Shown: one piece after another, positions 50,369 to 63,600 of the stretch
How the letters are laid out: every line of letters starts with the position of its first letter
Numbering within the stretch: the first letter of the stretch is position 1
NCBI RefSeq assembly: GCF_902652985.1
Contig: NC_047030.1
Location: forward strand, 18,600,001 to 18,664,000
DNA: 64,000 nt
DNA from: Pecten maximus
Taxonomy: Eukaryota
Direction: 5' to 3'
The notes under the pieces: model-generated
Database searches by the model: none
What the model saw: only the letters and a program-made list of their open reading frames with translations
Told to the model about the DNA's origin: nothing
Program-made: the position numbers and the translations under genes

Positions 50369-52361
50369 ATGGGTCTGGCTAATAGTAAAACCGACTTTGG
50401 AGAGGGAGAGATGATAACCCCTCCGCGTACCGGTACTCACAAACGTGTCATGGACCACGAGTTTGATCCCAGGTCACCTTCTGTAGGGATAACAAGGACG
50501 CCGATTATTGTGGAGAAGACTCCAGAGGGTCTTCTTGACCCCAGGTCACCATCTGTAGGAATAGTTAGGACTCCTATTGCCACTATTATGCCAGGTAGGT
50601 CATGTCTCATTTTAATAAACACATTTTCAAAATAGTTATGCAATGCTATGTTTGTTTTATTAATTATACAAAATATTTTCCATAAAAGTCAAAGTAGTAT
50701 TGATTATTTTTCAAGTGTATTCATATGTTTTTTAATTAATATATATTTCCCACCAGGTATAACATGTTAAAATTGGGTCCACCTTTCCACTGACTCTTCT
50801 CTTCACTTCTTTTCTGCAGGTTATAATGTTACTCCTCTTCATGCCAATCTAGATTTTATTGACTTTCCTTTAGATTTAAACACCTATATATATTGCCTCA
50901 AAACACCTTACTTATGTGTTGAGGGATAAAACAGTTATGTGACATAGTTTTATTCAAATTTATTACTTATAGGGTTTTCTTTAAAATCTAAAGGTGCTAC
51001 TATATGTATGTTTGAAATTAACACAATGGTAATAAAGAATTTAAAAAAAATCATATTATATGAATATTTATATATACATGTAAATCCATTACTTTTGAGT
51101 CTGCAAAAATGTGTATCAACATGATGTTGTTCCAATATCTGTAGATTCACGTCTGACTCAAGACAAGTTGCCATTAATGCCAAACCTGGTAGATGAAGGA
51201 GCTGATGACACGGACGACAAATTAGAGGATACAGATGAACTTCTTCGTGAGTTTGACAGCCTCCACAAAATGACCATAGCTGAGAAAAAACCTTGTGATG
51301 ACCCACTTCAATATGTATACAAAGGTATGAAGTTGGCTGTTCATTCTCACAGGGACACCAGTCTTGTTTTGATAGAAATATCAGTTAAACCACAAAATTT
51401 GAGTGTTCATTGTATAAATAGGTTTGAAAATACAAATCTTGATGGTTAACTGAGAAATTATATATTGGTTTCTGTTTAAAACAATTCTCAATTTTAAAGA
51501 AATATTCAGCATAATGTATTACTGTACAAGCCCCCCATCTGTCCCCAGTCCCTGACCTGTTATACATATTACGGTACTTCAGACTCCCTGTTTGACACTA
51601 TAAGGAATGCTCATGACCACAGTTTACTGACCCATTCCGAGTCAGTTTAATTAACAACACAGATCTCATTGTGCCTGTTATGTGATATTTTAATGAAAAC
51701 CCTGGCCTAAATGGCCTTGTTTTGATAGGACAAAGACTTTCAGTAATCTTTCAGTTCACTAAGACAGCAAATGTTCAGTCATTAACAATATTTTTCTGCT
51801 AGTTAACACCATTATAGCATGTGCTAGGAGGGTGGGCAAAAATGTGGTAACTCGATGACAGACTCGGACTAACTTTAACTGGATTACCGGCTGTAGGAAG
51901 TCAAAATTGCTAGCAATCAATTTCATTCAGGTTTGCACTGTCCACAGAAAACTACAAGTTGTAACTGTAAAATAAAGAAATATGGTATGGAACTGACAGT
52001 ACAAATCTCTCTCACTCATATGCTTAGACAGATAGCGTAACCATGGTGTAAAGCAAGCGCTTGTGTGATTGGCTAGTTTTCATGTTACATGTTCCATGTT
52101 ACAGATCATATAGAGACAACTATCCATAGAAAACCGGTTAAACCCGCCCAGCCAAAACAACTGTTTCCCAAGCGACACTCATCTCTAAATAAGGACAATA
52201 CACGATCACCCTTAGCAACACGGACAGTGGACATGAACTCACCACGAGTCATCATTCACCAGAAACAAACAAAGAGGATGGAGACCGCCAAATCATGTGT
52301 ACAGGAGGTGATCGGTAGTGGTCGGTACTGTGTACAAGAGAAGGAGAATGTCGAGTACTGA
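50369..52361 (+). CDS. CDCA3: cell division cycle-associated protein 3 (Tome-1) homologue, 3 coding exons, 220 aa
   Basis: Exons 50369-50594, 51145-51324 and 52105-52361 (GT-AG, phase 1/1). MG start, two DPRSPSVGI.RTPI motifs, RSPL motif and C-terminal KEN box (QEKENVEY), as in vertebrate CDCA3. Confidence 0.85.
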
Positions 52362-55300
52362 ACAGTGTGGAGTACTGATGTGTGACATTGTTGATATTAT
52401 CAAGTCTGTTCTGGTTATAATCCAGTGCTGACTTTGAATCATTTCCTCTTTTGTTTTGTTATCCCATATTGAACCAATTCACAAAAGATTTCTTATCTGT
52501 GAGTGAAAGAGGTAGAATGTTGTGGTGGGAAACAAACTTTGTGATACAGGAATGATTTATACCTCAATATCTGCTGTCTGTTAATATCTCTATCATCTGA
52601 TCACAAGTTCTGTCACTCAAAACTGGAAAAATGGCTGACTTACAGTCTATATTAGACCTAGCATTGCTGCCAGAGTTCAGACAACACTATCTGTTCTTGT
52701 GGTGAAAAAGCAATGTGATTACCTGGCATTGTTGTCAATAAGCACTATCAAACTACAATACAAGACTTCCTGTCTGTGTTGTGAATAGCCATTATCACAG
52801 TCACTACAGACATACAAAGATTACGTACTGTACATGTGGTCAATAAGCAAAATCACATTACACAAACTTGACAAAGACTAATGTACCTGTCTGTGGTTTA
52901 TAAGCAATATCACACTAGTATGAAATACATGTCTAGGTGATAAATAAGTATTATTGCATTATTATATACAATGTCATGATTAAGCTAAATCACACTACAA
53001 GACCGCCTGTCATTGTCGTGAACAATATTACACAACAGTCCAACACATACAAGACAATCTGTCGGTCATGAATAAGCTGAATAACACTACACATACAAGA
53101 CAATCTGTCATTGTCATGGAGATTCACAGACTTGAATTGGCTGGTAGTACTAACATTGATGCTGTCTGTACATCTGTCGTACTTCAGTTAGACATTAATA
53201 CTTAATATTTAGATCTGTTGTGTGGAATGCTGATTTTTTTCATGGAGGATCTTTTAGTCTGATATTAAGTTGAGTTGAAAAATCTTTCAAGTCTCTGTCA
53301 GACATGTATTTAATATAACCTTAACTGAATTTTTGGTTTGATTTTGCATTTACTCCCATTATTTTCAAAGCAGGAGTGTGGACATACCAGTTTTATGTAA
53401 AAGCATTCATCAGCCTAAAGTTATGTATTTTATAGTGAGGATTGTCAAATAGTGATTTCATTGGATGCAGATTTTGTAAACCTGAAATATGTAAATTTAC
53501 TTCCTATTTCTTAAATGCAGTTATATCATGTAATGAATCATGATTTACTGAATTAAATTCATTATTTTGGAAAATCATGTTAGAGAAAAAAAGCTAAATA
53601 TTAAGCTTGAAAATCCTTCCGGGATCAATAAGACAAAATCTGAGGAAGGGTATGGTCAGTGCCCATAGTTGATTGAACTACACTACACTGAAGTGGTAAG
53701 TGGAGCGTAGTGTAGTACAATCAGTCGTGGGTATCCGACGATGAGGTAGGGTGAAACTTCAGCAGTAAATACTAACCCAAAGCCTACAGTCCCCTGCCAT
53801 TGTCAGTCATAGCTCTACCTTATAACGAAGTCGAAAGGAAATTTGATTTCATATCATAAGCCATCTCACTGCAAAGAACCTCACTTCCATGAAGTCCGCT
53901 CAGAAAGATTTAATCCAACAATGACGCCATTCATAAATTACCCAGCGTAAATCCTAATCTTATTTTTATCTTCTATTACATATTTATACTTATGAAATAT
54001 ATATATTTGACACTGGAAAGCATTGAATATCCTCAACTTTCCCAGTGACCAATGCCAACTGTAAACACTAATAATCCATAAGGGCATTGTTAATATGGTG
54101 TGATTTTATTCCAAGATACAATATTATGTAAATAATGTAAATAGCCATTACAGTTATATGTAAAAAGCAATCCATGTTCTGCTATTCTGCTTACATTTCC
54201 AGATTTTCTTATTCAAAATCAATGTGGTTGATTTTGATACAAGGGAATAATGACATAAAATCCATTATATTTGTCATAAGAATTAACTTATACTGTCATC
54301 TGCCATTTCTCTACATCATCCTCTAGATCTACACGCCTTTCACTACTGTGTCTGTACTAGCCATATACCATATTGAATCATATTGAAATTCAGGTAATAC
54401 CTGGTATTGAATGCTTAGTAAGTTAGTATTGTATAAATTGATGTTGATATTCTGTGGAAAAAAATAAATGAAAATAAAAAAAATTATTAATCTACACTTT
54501 TTTATATGCCAATTAAACTTGGCGGGAGTATTATGGAATGGTGCATGTGTCATCTGTCTGTCTGACATAGACTTTTGTCCAGATATCTACAGGTTTTTAC
54601 TGGTATCTTTGAAACTCAGTATGCTATTATAATCATGGTATAAAGTTGTTTCCCTGAACAGCAATTATGTTGAACTGTTTTTGCAAAAGTTATTCCCCTT
54701 TGTTTATTAGTCCTACGGATTAAACTGGGGGGTGGGGGGAGACTATAGTTTTCCTCTCCATCCATCTTGTACATGTTTACATGTTAATGCCATTTGTCAT
54801 GTGATCAGCACTCTGGTGACTTCATTCCTTGAGGGATTTTGATAAAACTTATACAAATACAAATACAAGTTTTCAGGGTTGCCGGGTCAAGTTCAAGGTC
54901 ACGGTTACTTACTATTTCTAGAAAATCTTTGTCAACACTTACTCAGTACTCTAGCAGCTTCATTCCTGACATGAATTGAGTCCAGTATGCTTTGGAGATG
55001 TCTATATTTTTCTGTTAATTTCTTTTAAAACACATGGAGTTGTGTCTGGAAATCTACATTTTATGGGATTTCTTTGATACTTGGTAGGCATCTGTTAAAC
55101 TTTTATTTGCTAAAGTTATTGCAGTTTATTTATTTCTAGTCTCTTGTCCAAAGTTCTATAGCTTTCTACCTATTTCTTTGAAACTTGGTAGGCTCTTAAT
55201 TAAATCCTGACACATTTTGTATACATAATAAATATTTGTTTTCCCTGAACAATATTTTGATTAGACTATTTTTTTTGCAAGAGATATTACCATTTATATA

Positions 55301-57973
55301 TATAATTTTAAGATTTGTATCTGAACTTTTTTTTTCAAATTGTGAACTATATTGCCTACTTGGCCTCATTGTGAGGGAATAACAAATGTTTATTGTATCT
55401 CGCAATAGGAGGGCTGATTGATAATCTGTGAGCCTCGTATTGAAGGATTTGAATTTTGCTGGGCATATTGTATCATTTTTCAACATTATCCCCTTCAGTA
55501 TCTATACACTTTTGCCAGCCGTGTTTAAGGGTCTCAATGCCACTTTTATAGAACTCCTTTTCTTGGCTGTTCAGAAAATCATCAACTGCATGTTAGGGTT
55601 AGGGTGCCGGAAATAGCTGATTTCAGTTTTGGAAATAGATGAAAGACCAATCAATATAAAGCCACAATCGTGAATGGCAACCATGGCAAAAGGTGCTTGT
55701 CTTGTTTACTTAAGCGTGCTACATTGTCTATATAAACTAACCAAATGAGACCAGTCCTTGGGTACACGGCCCTATACAGTCAGAATAGTAAGATTTGAAA
55801 AGAACATCCTTGAGTACCTCCTTCAATATGACAACTTATCAATCAGCCCTCGTATATCCTTGAACAAGCACAAGTACTGTTGGGTGGAAATATGTATGGG
55901 TGTTCATCAAACTTAATATTGGTAAAGTATGAAAACCTTGTTAACAAGTTCCTGTTTTTTGGGTGTCAAGGTTATGGTCAGCCATAATTAGTATCTATAG
56001 AAAAAAAATGTACTCTAGTTACTTTGTTTTTAAATGGGTATGAGAAAACTTCATAATTAATATCTAAATTAGTTTGTAATTCAGGGGGCCAAGGTCATTG
56101 TTCTCGTTTTATAGAGAATCTTTGTCATCCAACTGAAAACTAAATTTTCGAAAATACTTCATGTATTAGGTTGAGTATGAGAATACTGTTTCAGGGTGTC
56201 GCATACACAAAAGCTTGTTCATCTTTCAACCAACTTAACTTAATTTCTAGTGTTGTGTAAATAGTGGTGGATGAATATTGAGATATACCAGGATTTATCT
56301 GGCAATAAACCAATGCCTACATGTCAGTACACACAAGATTAATGGTAAGACCTGGTAACCAGTGTATATGTATTAAAGCTGTATAACAAAAGCTCAAGAC
56401 AAGGGCATAAAAGGTTTAAAACATTTAATAAATCAATACTCAGGAGTGCAAGGAAATCAGAACGCTACTATCTAGGACCCTCAAACACAGGACTCCCAAC
56501 ACATTAAACAAATATATCACAGTAAAAGGATTTAACATTTTACACCTCACAGTCATTTAGACAATCTTATTACAGGCATGTACATATTGAAGCATAAAAA
56601 CTTCTATATACTCCTGGTATATGTTTTGCTGTGTCAATAGCATCTAATACTATGGATCACACACTTCCATCATTTGTAAATGACACATGAATTGTTGCTT
56701 GGCTCTTAAATGCATTAATTCCAAATAAATATTTAAGGTGACAATACATTTGGATGCTAGACTGAGGAGTAGAAGAAATTCCTTATACCCACACACAGGT
56801 AAATTTCCTACCAAAAAATCTGTTATTTTTCAGTAATTATAATTTCATTTAGAATCAAAAGAAAAAATTGACCATTTTATTTTATTGAAGGTTCCAAGCT
56901 TATGTTAGTGTTGTATAAATCTCTGTATTAAACACTAAACATATTATTAATAGTAGTTTGAGCTACATGAAGGCAAGTCAAAACTGAAACCAAAGCGGAG
57001 ATAACACTTTTTATAAAATCAAGTAAACATACATCCTTAATAAGATAACAAAAAAAACACAACTTTGTTATAATTTTTTTTATCATAATTTATCAATATA
57101 ACACTTTTTTCAGTATCTGTAGTCCATATGGATATTTTTATGTTCTAAGAAAACTGAAATGAATCTACTACACAAATCAAGAGATTCATACACAATATTT
57201 AGTAAAATCCGACTACCCCTGGTATTTTACTATCACAGCCTCATTCTCACAAAGACATTGTCATGGTATAAATAAAATGTTAAAGTGATCAATAAAAAGT
57301 TTGTGGTAAACACAACAACTCTTCCCATGTCCATTCATTATAGATAGCAATTCTCACATAATCTGGTTGTGTATCGCCAGGGCAAGAAATGATGGAAATA
57401 AATTATAAAGCACAAAGGACAATAATGAAGGACATTAAATTAAAATTAAACATAAAATTTATATGACAGTATCAACAGTGCTGTTTAGAAAAATGCTGGC
57501 ACTTACCAGGCATTATCATTGTTGTGCTAGGATTTATCAATATATATATATGAAGAAAAAAAAGTGCCTTTAAATTTGGTGTAGTGTATGTTTGGGGGCA
57601 TGTTTTCAAAAACAAGCATATTTTCATATTAAAGTTAAATTGAGATATATATCCCTCCCATAATTCTTATTCTTTAAAATGTGTTTAAGCATACAAAAAT
57701 TTCAACATTATTCTCAAACAGTAAGTGTTAAAAGTTGATTGATTATATTATATATATGGTACAGGAGGATACCAAAAATTTTATTATTCTTTGGGAGAAA
57801 ATGTTTATTCTAACCCAAACTTAATAAAAGTTCGTAACTCAAGCCTTTTGTGACATTTACTGTTTTAAGCTAGGTAAAGATATCCAAATAAATCTTCCAC
57901 AACATACTGAGAAAATTTGGTAAACATTATGTCAGTGATCCAATAAATTACAAAAATCCTAATTCTGCAAACA

Positions 57974-59009
57974 TTATGGTAAATTGAGCAGTTTTTCTGT
58001 CTCATATATCTTTTGAATTATATCGTACATTTGTCGCTGAAGGTTTGCTGCCTCCATCAGGTCCTCGACTTTTGATTGGTCATCAGACATCATGATCTTT
58101 TCGAGGAGTTGTTTCCGTGATGGTAGTGTGTATGTGGCAACACTCACACCTTTACGTATAAGCCAAGGGTGGTATTTGGACAGCGTAGCATTGTATGCCG
58201 TGGCTGTTATGGATGACATCTTCGCTCCTTCTTCTGCATTCCTCACATCAGTCATCAGCTGAGCAGTGAATTCCATCGCACGATGAAGTCGCAGCAATGT
58301 CCTGGCCCCTGATGCCTTCTTCTTGTTATCTGTGGTTTTTTTCTCTACCTCATAGCTGATCATACTTTGAATAGATTTATAATGCTCCCCTTCTGGAGAT
58401 TTCCTATAATCTCTTAGTATTTCTATCTTTTCCACAACATCTGAGACCACAAATCCAAATATACTGCCCAGGATACCAAATAATCTGCAAGAGAGACTCT
58501 TATTTAACAAGCAAACTAGCAGTAATTATTTCGAAAGTATACAAATGTTTATAATAGAAGTCTGAAGGCTAAAAAAACTGTTTTCTTAATGATCAGTTCA
58601 GTCTGTCACATTACCACAGTGACATGTCTAGTAACAGTGATTCATCAGCTATACTATTTGAAAGACCAATATATATGCCATCTTTACGTATATATTCTAA
58701 GATTTTCGACTTAGATTAAGAAAAAGTCAAGTTTTTTTTAATTCAAAATCTAAAATCTAACTATAATTAATTCAGATCGATAAGTACGGTACAGTAGGCC
58801 TACTATACTTCTTCAGTAGGCTGGCACGCTGGCAGTACTGGTGCAGGTGATATCTTTATGTGTTATTTTTTATAAGAAACAGTAACTTACTTGCTTAATT
58901 CCTCGTACGCATTTACATACGAATCTAAATCAACAATATTGTCTTCCCGGATACAGCTGAGAAAGAGCTGATTCAACTTGATCAGGTTGAAGCTGTCGGT
59001 GCCTGCCAT
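57974..59009 (-). CDS. CPTP: ceramide-1-phosphate transfer protein (GLTP-domain), 2 coding exons, 209 aa
   Basis: Exons 59009-58891 and 58484-57974 (phase 2). Motifs LGSIFGFVVSDVVEK, SGARTLLRLHRA and YNATLSKYHPWLIRK..Y.LPSR fit the CPTP/ACD11 branch of GLTP. Confidence 0.88.
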
Positions 59010-59452
59010 TTTTCAACTTATCGGCGTCAAACAAAGCGTCGCTCGCACCCCGACGCTTTGTCTAAATTTAGATTTGATAACGTAATAAAATATCCGGAAT
59101 GTCTTATTAAAATCCATTTCCAAGGTAAGCTCATAAAACAACATAACTTAATTATGATTTCATACATCTATTTTCATTGGGGGGAAAATACAAACTATTT
59201 AGGCCTATGTGTTTGATATTTCCACTGTTCATCTAGAGCACACTGGGGTATTATCGACCACTGGGCACTATCGACCAATTGTCTTATTAAAGCTTGATAA
59301 AAGTCGTAAGAAGCGTTGTCTTTCCTTCGGATTAACTAGAGGTTTTCCTTAGATTTCTGAGAGCCTTTAAATTCCTAATGGATGACATTGTTGAAAGTGG
59401 CTAGCGCGGGTCTTTCAAAAAAAAAACGTAAGTTCAAGTTGACATAAACGAC

Positions 59453-60606
59453 ATGAAATGTGAAAACAGGCATACAATAAACTCTATGAACTCAATGAAA
59501 CATACAATTACAGAAAATGAAAATGAAATAAAATTTCTAAAAACATCGTTACAGAAACTCGGAAAAGAAAAAGAAAAGGCGAAAACGCGCGCAATAAAAT
59601 CTCAAGAAGAACTCGCCTCGTGCACAAACTGCGTATCGAAATTAGAGAAAGAACTCAGTGAATTGCGTGAACAAAACAAACACCAGCATGAAGCATGGAT
59701 GAAAGACAAAAAGAACTTTGATATCCATATGAAAACGGCAAATGAAGAAATCGCCAAAAATACAACCTTCAAGACGAACATTGAAAATAAGATCTTCAAT
59801 CTTAAAAAGGAAGTTAAAACTGTGGTGGGAAACATGTCCGAGTTCCTCACGATTGCCAACAGAGTTGACAACAGTCAACTGAATGGTGTGTCGAGTTGTA
59901 AAAATTCTGTAAAACTAGTAACGCAAAAAATGAAAACGCTAGAGGACGAAATACAGAGGTTAGACGACATGATACACGAAACAAACAATCGCTCACAGAA
60001 TATACAACAACAAACACGACACGACATGAAACAATTCAACAACCTGTGTCACGAGTTACCGAATCGAGGAAACTGAGTAATTTCGCTCATCCCACGCGCG
60101 ACTCGCTTACCAACTCTGGCTCAGTCTGTTCATCAACCCTCGCTCAGCCCGCTCGGCAACCCCGTCAGAACTCAACCTCAGTACCAACTGATGCGTCGCA
60201 CAAACCCGGAAGCGGAAACCCAAACGCCATTCTTCGCCAGATCAAGGTTCACTGTCCTTCATCAGTGTGTCACCCTACTCCGATATCGACACAAAAACCG
60301 AGCGACAGATTTGTTGGTTTTACGCCTGTAAAACAAAAACGTATTAAAAGATACTATATACATGGAATAAATAAGTATACCGCCTCGGAAAGTGCGATGA
60401 GAGACTTTTTAGGAGACAATGGTGTTAAAATCACGTTCCTTCGTTACTTTGAAAAGGGATACAAAAAGACGGCATCCGCACAGTTAAATGTCCTTGATTC
60501 AGACTCGGCTATTCTGGAAAATCCCGACTTTTGGCCACCGGGTATATATGCAAGGCCATGGATGCCAAGACAGGTTTTCTGGAACGAGCATAATGACAGA
60601 AAGTAA
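59453..60606 (+). CDS. LINE ORF1 (coiled-coil part 59453-60076; RRM-like C-terminal part in the -1 frame to 60606)
   Basis: Heptad-rich helical ORF, then YYIHGI...FWPPGIYARPW, a C-terminal motif typical of LINE ORF1 proteins. Confidence 0.7.
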
Positions 60607-63600
60607 CAAAGTCAATGCCATGTGTTGGAACTGTGAAGGGATAATGGCCGGTATGCCTTATCTCCTTAAATGTCTTGACACATATGATATAGATATTTGC
60701 GGATTATCAGAACACTGGGTAAGGGAATACCAGTTGTCATTTTTTAATAGTTTTAATCATTCTGGTTATAAATGTTTTGTGAAACCAGTTTATGAAGTAG
60801 ATCCTTTCCGCTACAAATGTAGTATTAGAGGTGGCGTATGTTTGTTATACAAATCGCTCCTTAATGTACAGGAAATTATTATAGACAGTCCTAGAATTGT
60901 AGGCCTGGAATTACAGTCAGCTAGTGGAGAATACTCATATTGGTTCTCAGTTTATATGCCTGCTTCTTCGAGGCCTTTTGAAATTTTTCAAGAACATGTT
61001 GATATTTTAGAATCTTTATATGATGTATACTCAGACAAGGGTAAAGTGTTTATTATTGGTGACTTTAATGTTAAAGTAAGAGGTGACCGCTATCAGTTTA
61101 CTGATAACAATCGATCTCGGTTATTCCAGCAATTTTTAGATAAAACTAACATGATCTCGTTAAATGTTCAATCTGAATGCACGGGTCCCATTTGTACATT
61201 TTACCCTGAAACAGATAACTCTACTGCAATTGATCATGTACTCATTGAGTCAAATTCTATAGATCTTACCATGTACTGTAAAGTTTTAGACGACGATGGA
61301 AACGTTTCAGAACATTGTCCTATTGTCTGCTCAGTAGGTGTACCCAAATCCTTTACGGGCAATACATCAAGGTGTAACAAATATAAGTGGAAAAAAGCGT
61401 TAAGCGATGGTTCAATTTGCAATTACCAATGCTATGTAAAACGTTTACTGGATTGTATCAGAGTACCTACTGGAAATCCATCTGGCCATGATATAGATTG
61501 TTATTATAACAATATATGTTCTGCCTTGCTTGAAGCAGCTGATAAGTGTATACCAAAAACTATGTATAAAAAATATCAAAAACCTTATTGGGACGAAAGT
61601 CTTACGGTATTACATAACGAAATGTTGCACAAAAGACACTTGTGGATACAATCCGGAAAGCGTAGACAAGATTGTCGATCATTCTCGGAATATAAAAAAT
61701 ATAAAACTAAATTTAGACGTCAACTCAGGAAATCATTTGAATCTTACATGAAGAATCAATTCGCTGAAATTGATAGATCGGGTGATCTTGATCAGAACCT
61801 TTTTTGGCAACTTTTTAAAAGCAAAAAGTCAGCCTCAAGGGCTAAACAAACTGAGCTGAAATATGAAGGTAAAGTTTTCAGAGATCCTCATGATATTATT
61901 AATGGGTGGCGTCTACATTTTCAACATATATTTAAAAACCATGACGATAAGGAATTTGATTGTCATTTTCGAGATGAGATGGAAAAAAGAATCAAAATGT
62001 TAAAATCTAGTATACATTCTGATGAAAATTTGTTTTTACGTGATAATTTTACTTTTAGTGAAATAAATTTAATTTGTAAAAACCTTAAATCAGGTAAAGC
62101 AGGTGGTCACGAAGGTCTTGTCTACGAACATATTAAATATGCAGGTCATTCTGTAATTAACCATATACAAAACTTATTTAATCTTGTTGTAAAACATGAA
62201 TATATCCCGAAAAGTTGGAAACATGGTATTATAGTAACGATGTATAAAGGCCATAGGAAGCCAAAAGATGACCCTAATAGTTATAGGGGAATAACCCTTT
62301 TGCCAGTATTTTTTAAAATGTTTGAAGTGGCTATTGCGAAAAGAATTAGCTATGTAATAGAATCTGATGTGTTCCCAAATAAACAGCAGTCGGCATACCA
62401 GAAGAATTTATGTAGCCTTTGTACAGCTTTTAATTTACAGGAATGTATTTATTATAATATGGAAAATGGTTCAGATGTATATGTATCGTTTTTAGACAGC
62501 TCAAAGGCGTTTGATACCGTTTGGCACGACGGTCTACTTGCAAAATTATATGACATTGGCCTTACCGGTAAAGTGTGGAATATTTTAAAGTTTATGTACA
62601 CGGATATAAACAGTTCCGTATTTTTTAATGGTTTAATCTCCGCTCCAGTAAAGATGGAGCGCGGGATCTTACAAGGAGGGGCTCTCTCAGCCAAAATGTA
62701 CTTAATTTTTATTAATGACCTATTAGATGAAGTAGAAAGATGTGGTAGGGGCGCTATGATTATCGATAAAACTGTAAATATTCCAACCCAAGCAGACGAT
62801 ATATGTTTAGTAAGCACAAATATTACAAGTTTAAGTAAAATGTTATCTATTTGTGAATCATACAGTCGCAAATGGCGATTTTTGTATTCAGCCTCAAAAA
62901 GTAAAGTTGTTGTATTTTCAAATAAAAGAACCATAACCATTAACTGTACTTTACGCCTCTATGATAACATATTGCCAGTTGTTTCGGAGATTACTCATGT
63001 AAGCATCTTATTAAATGATAAACACAATTCCATTGAAAGAACAAAACAAGCATGCACTAAATTAAAAAGTGGCACTATGGCCCTTTTACGTTCTGGGGTA
63101 CATCAATGCGCATTAAACCCTTTAACTATTGCTAAAATTTTAAAAATTAAAGTATACCCATCTGCACTCTACGGATGTGAACTGTGGGTACTTTCAAATA
63201 CTGAATTATTGATGCTAGAAAGAGCTCAACACTTTATTGTAAAGTCAATTCAAGGTTTTGGAAAAAGAACAAGAACTGATATGTGTACTTCCTTGATTGG
63301 ATGGCTCTCTATAGAAGCGTACATTGATATTAAAAAACTTTTGTATTTAGGTAGGATCTGCAGAATGAATAGAAATAACTTAATCTGCAGAGTATTCATT
63401 TCGAGATTTTTTATGTACATTGTGAGCAACTGTAGTCAAAAAGGTTTTATACCCGATATCGTTAGAATACTTAAGAAGTATAACTTATATGAATATATTG
63501 TACTTTTTCTTGATGATGGTAGCTTTCCAAACAAAATACACTGGAAGTCATTGATTTATAAATCTGTATCTAATTATGAAACTAATGCTTGGTTGCATAG

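Noticed and set aside
54500-56220. Discrete mobile element between CDCA3 and CPTP (also 23190-23420 and 26000-26170)
   Set aside because: Only degenerate HINE-like phrases (GGTCAAGGTCA, AAACTTGGTA); boundaries cannot be supported by eye
62452-62940. Antisense 162-aa ORF (and other small ORFs over 59.6-61.8 kb)
   Set aside because: Shadow ORFs of the LINE coding frames
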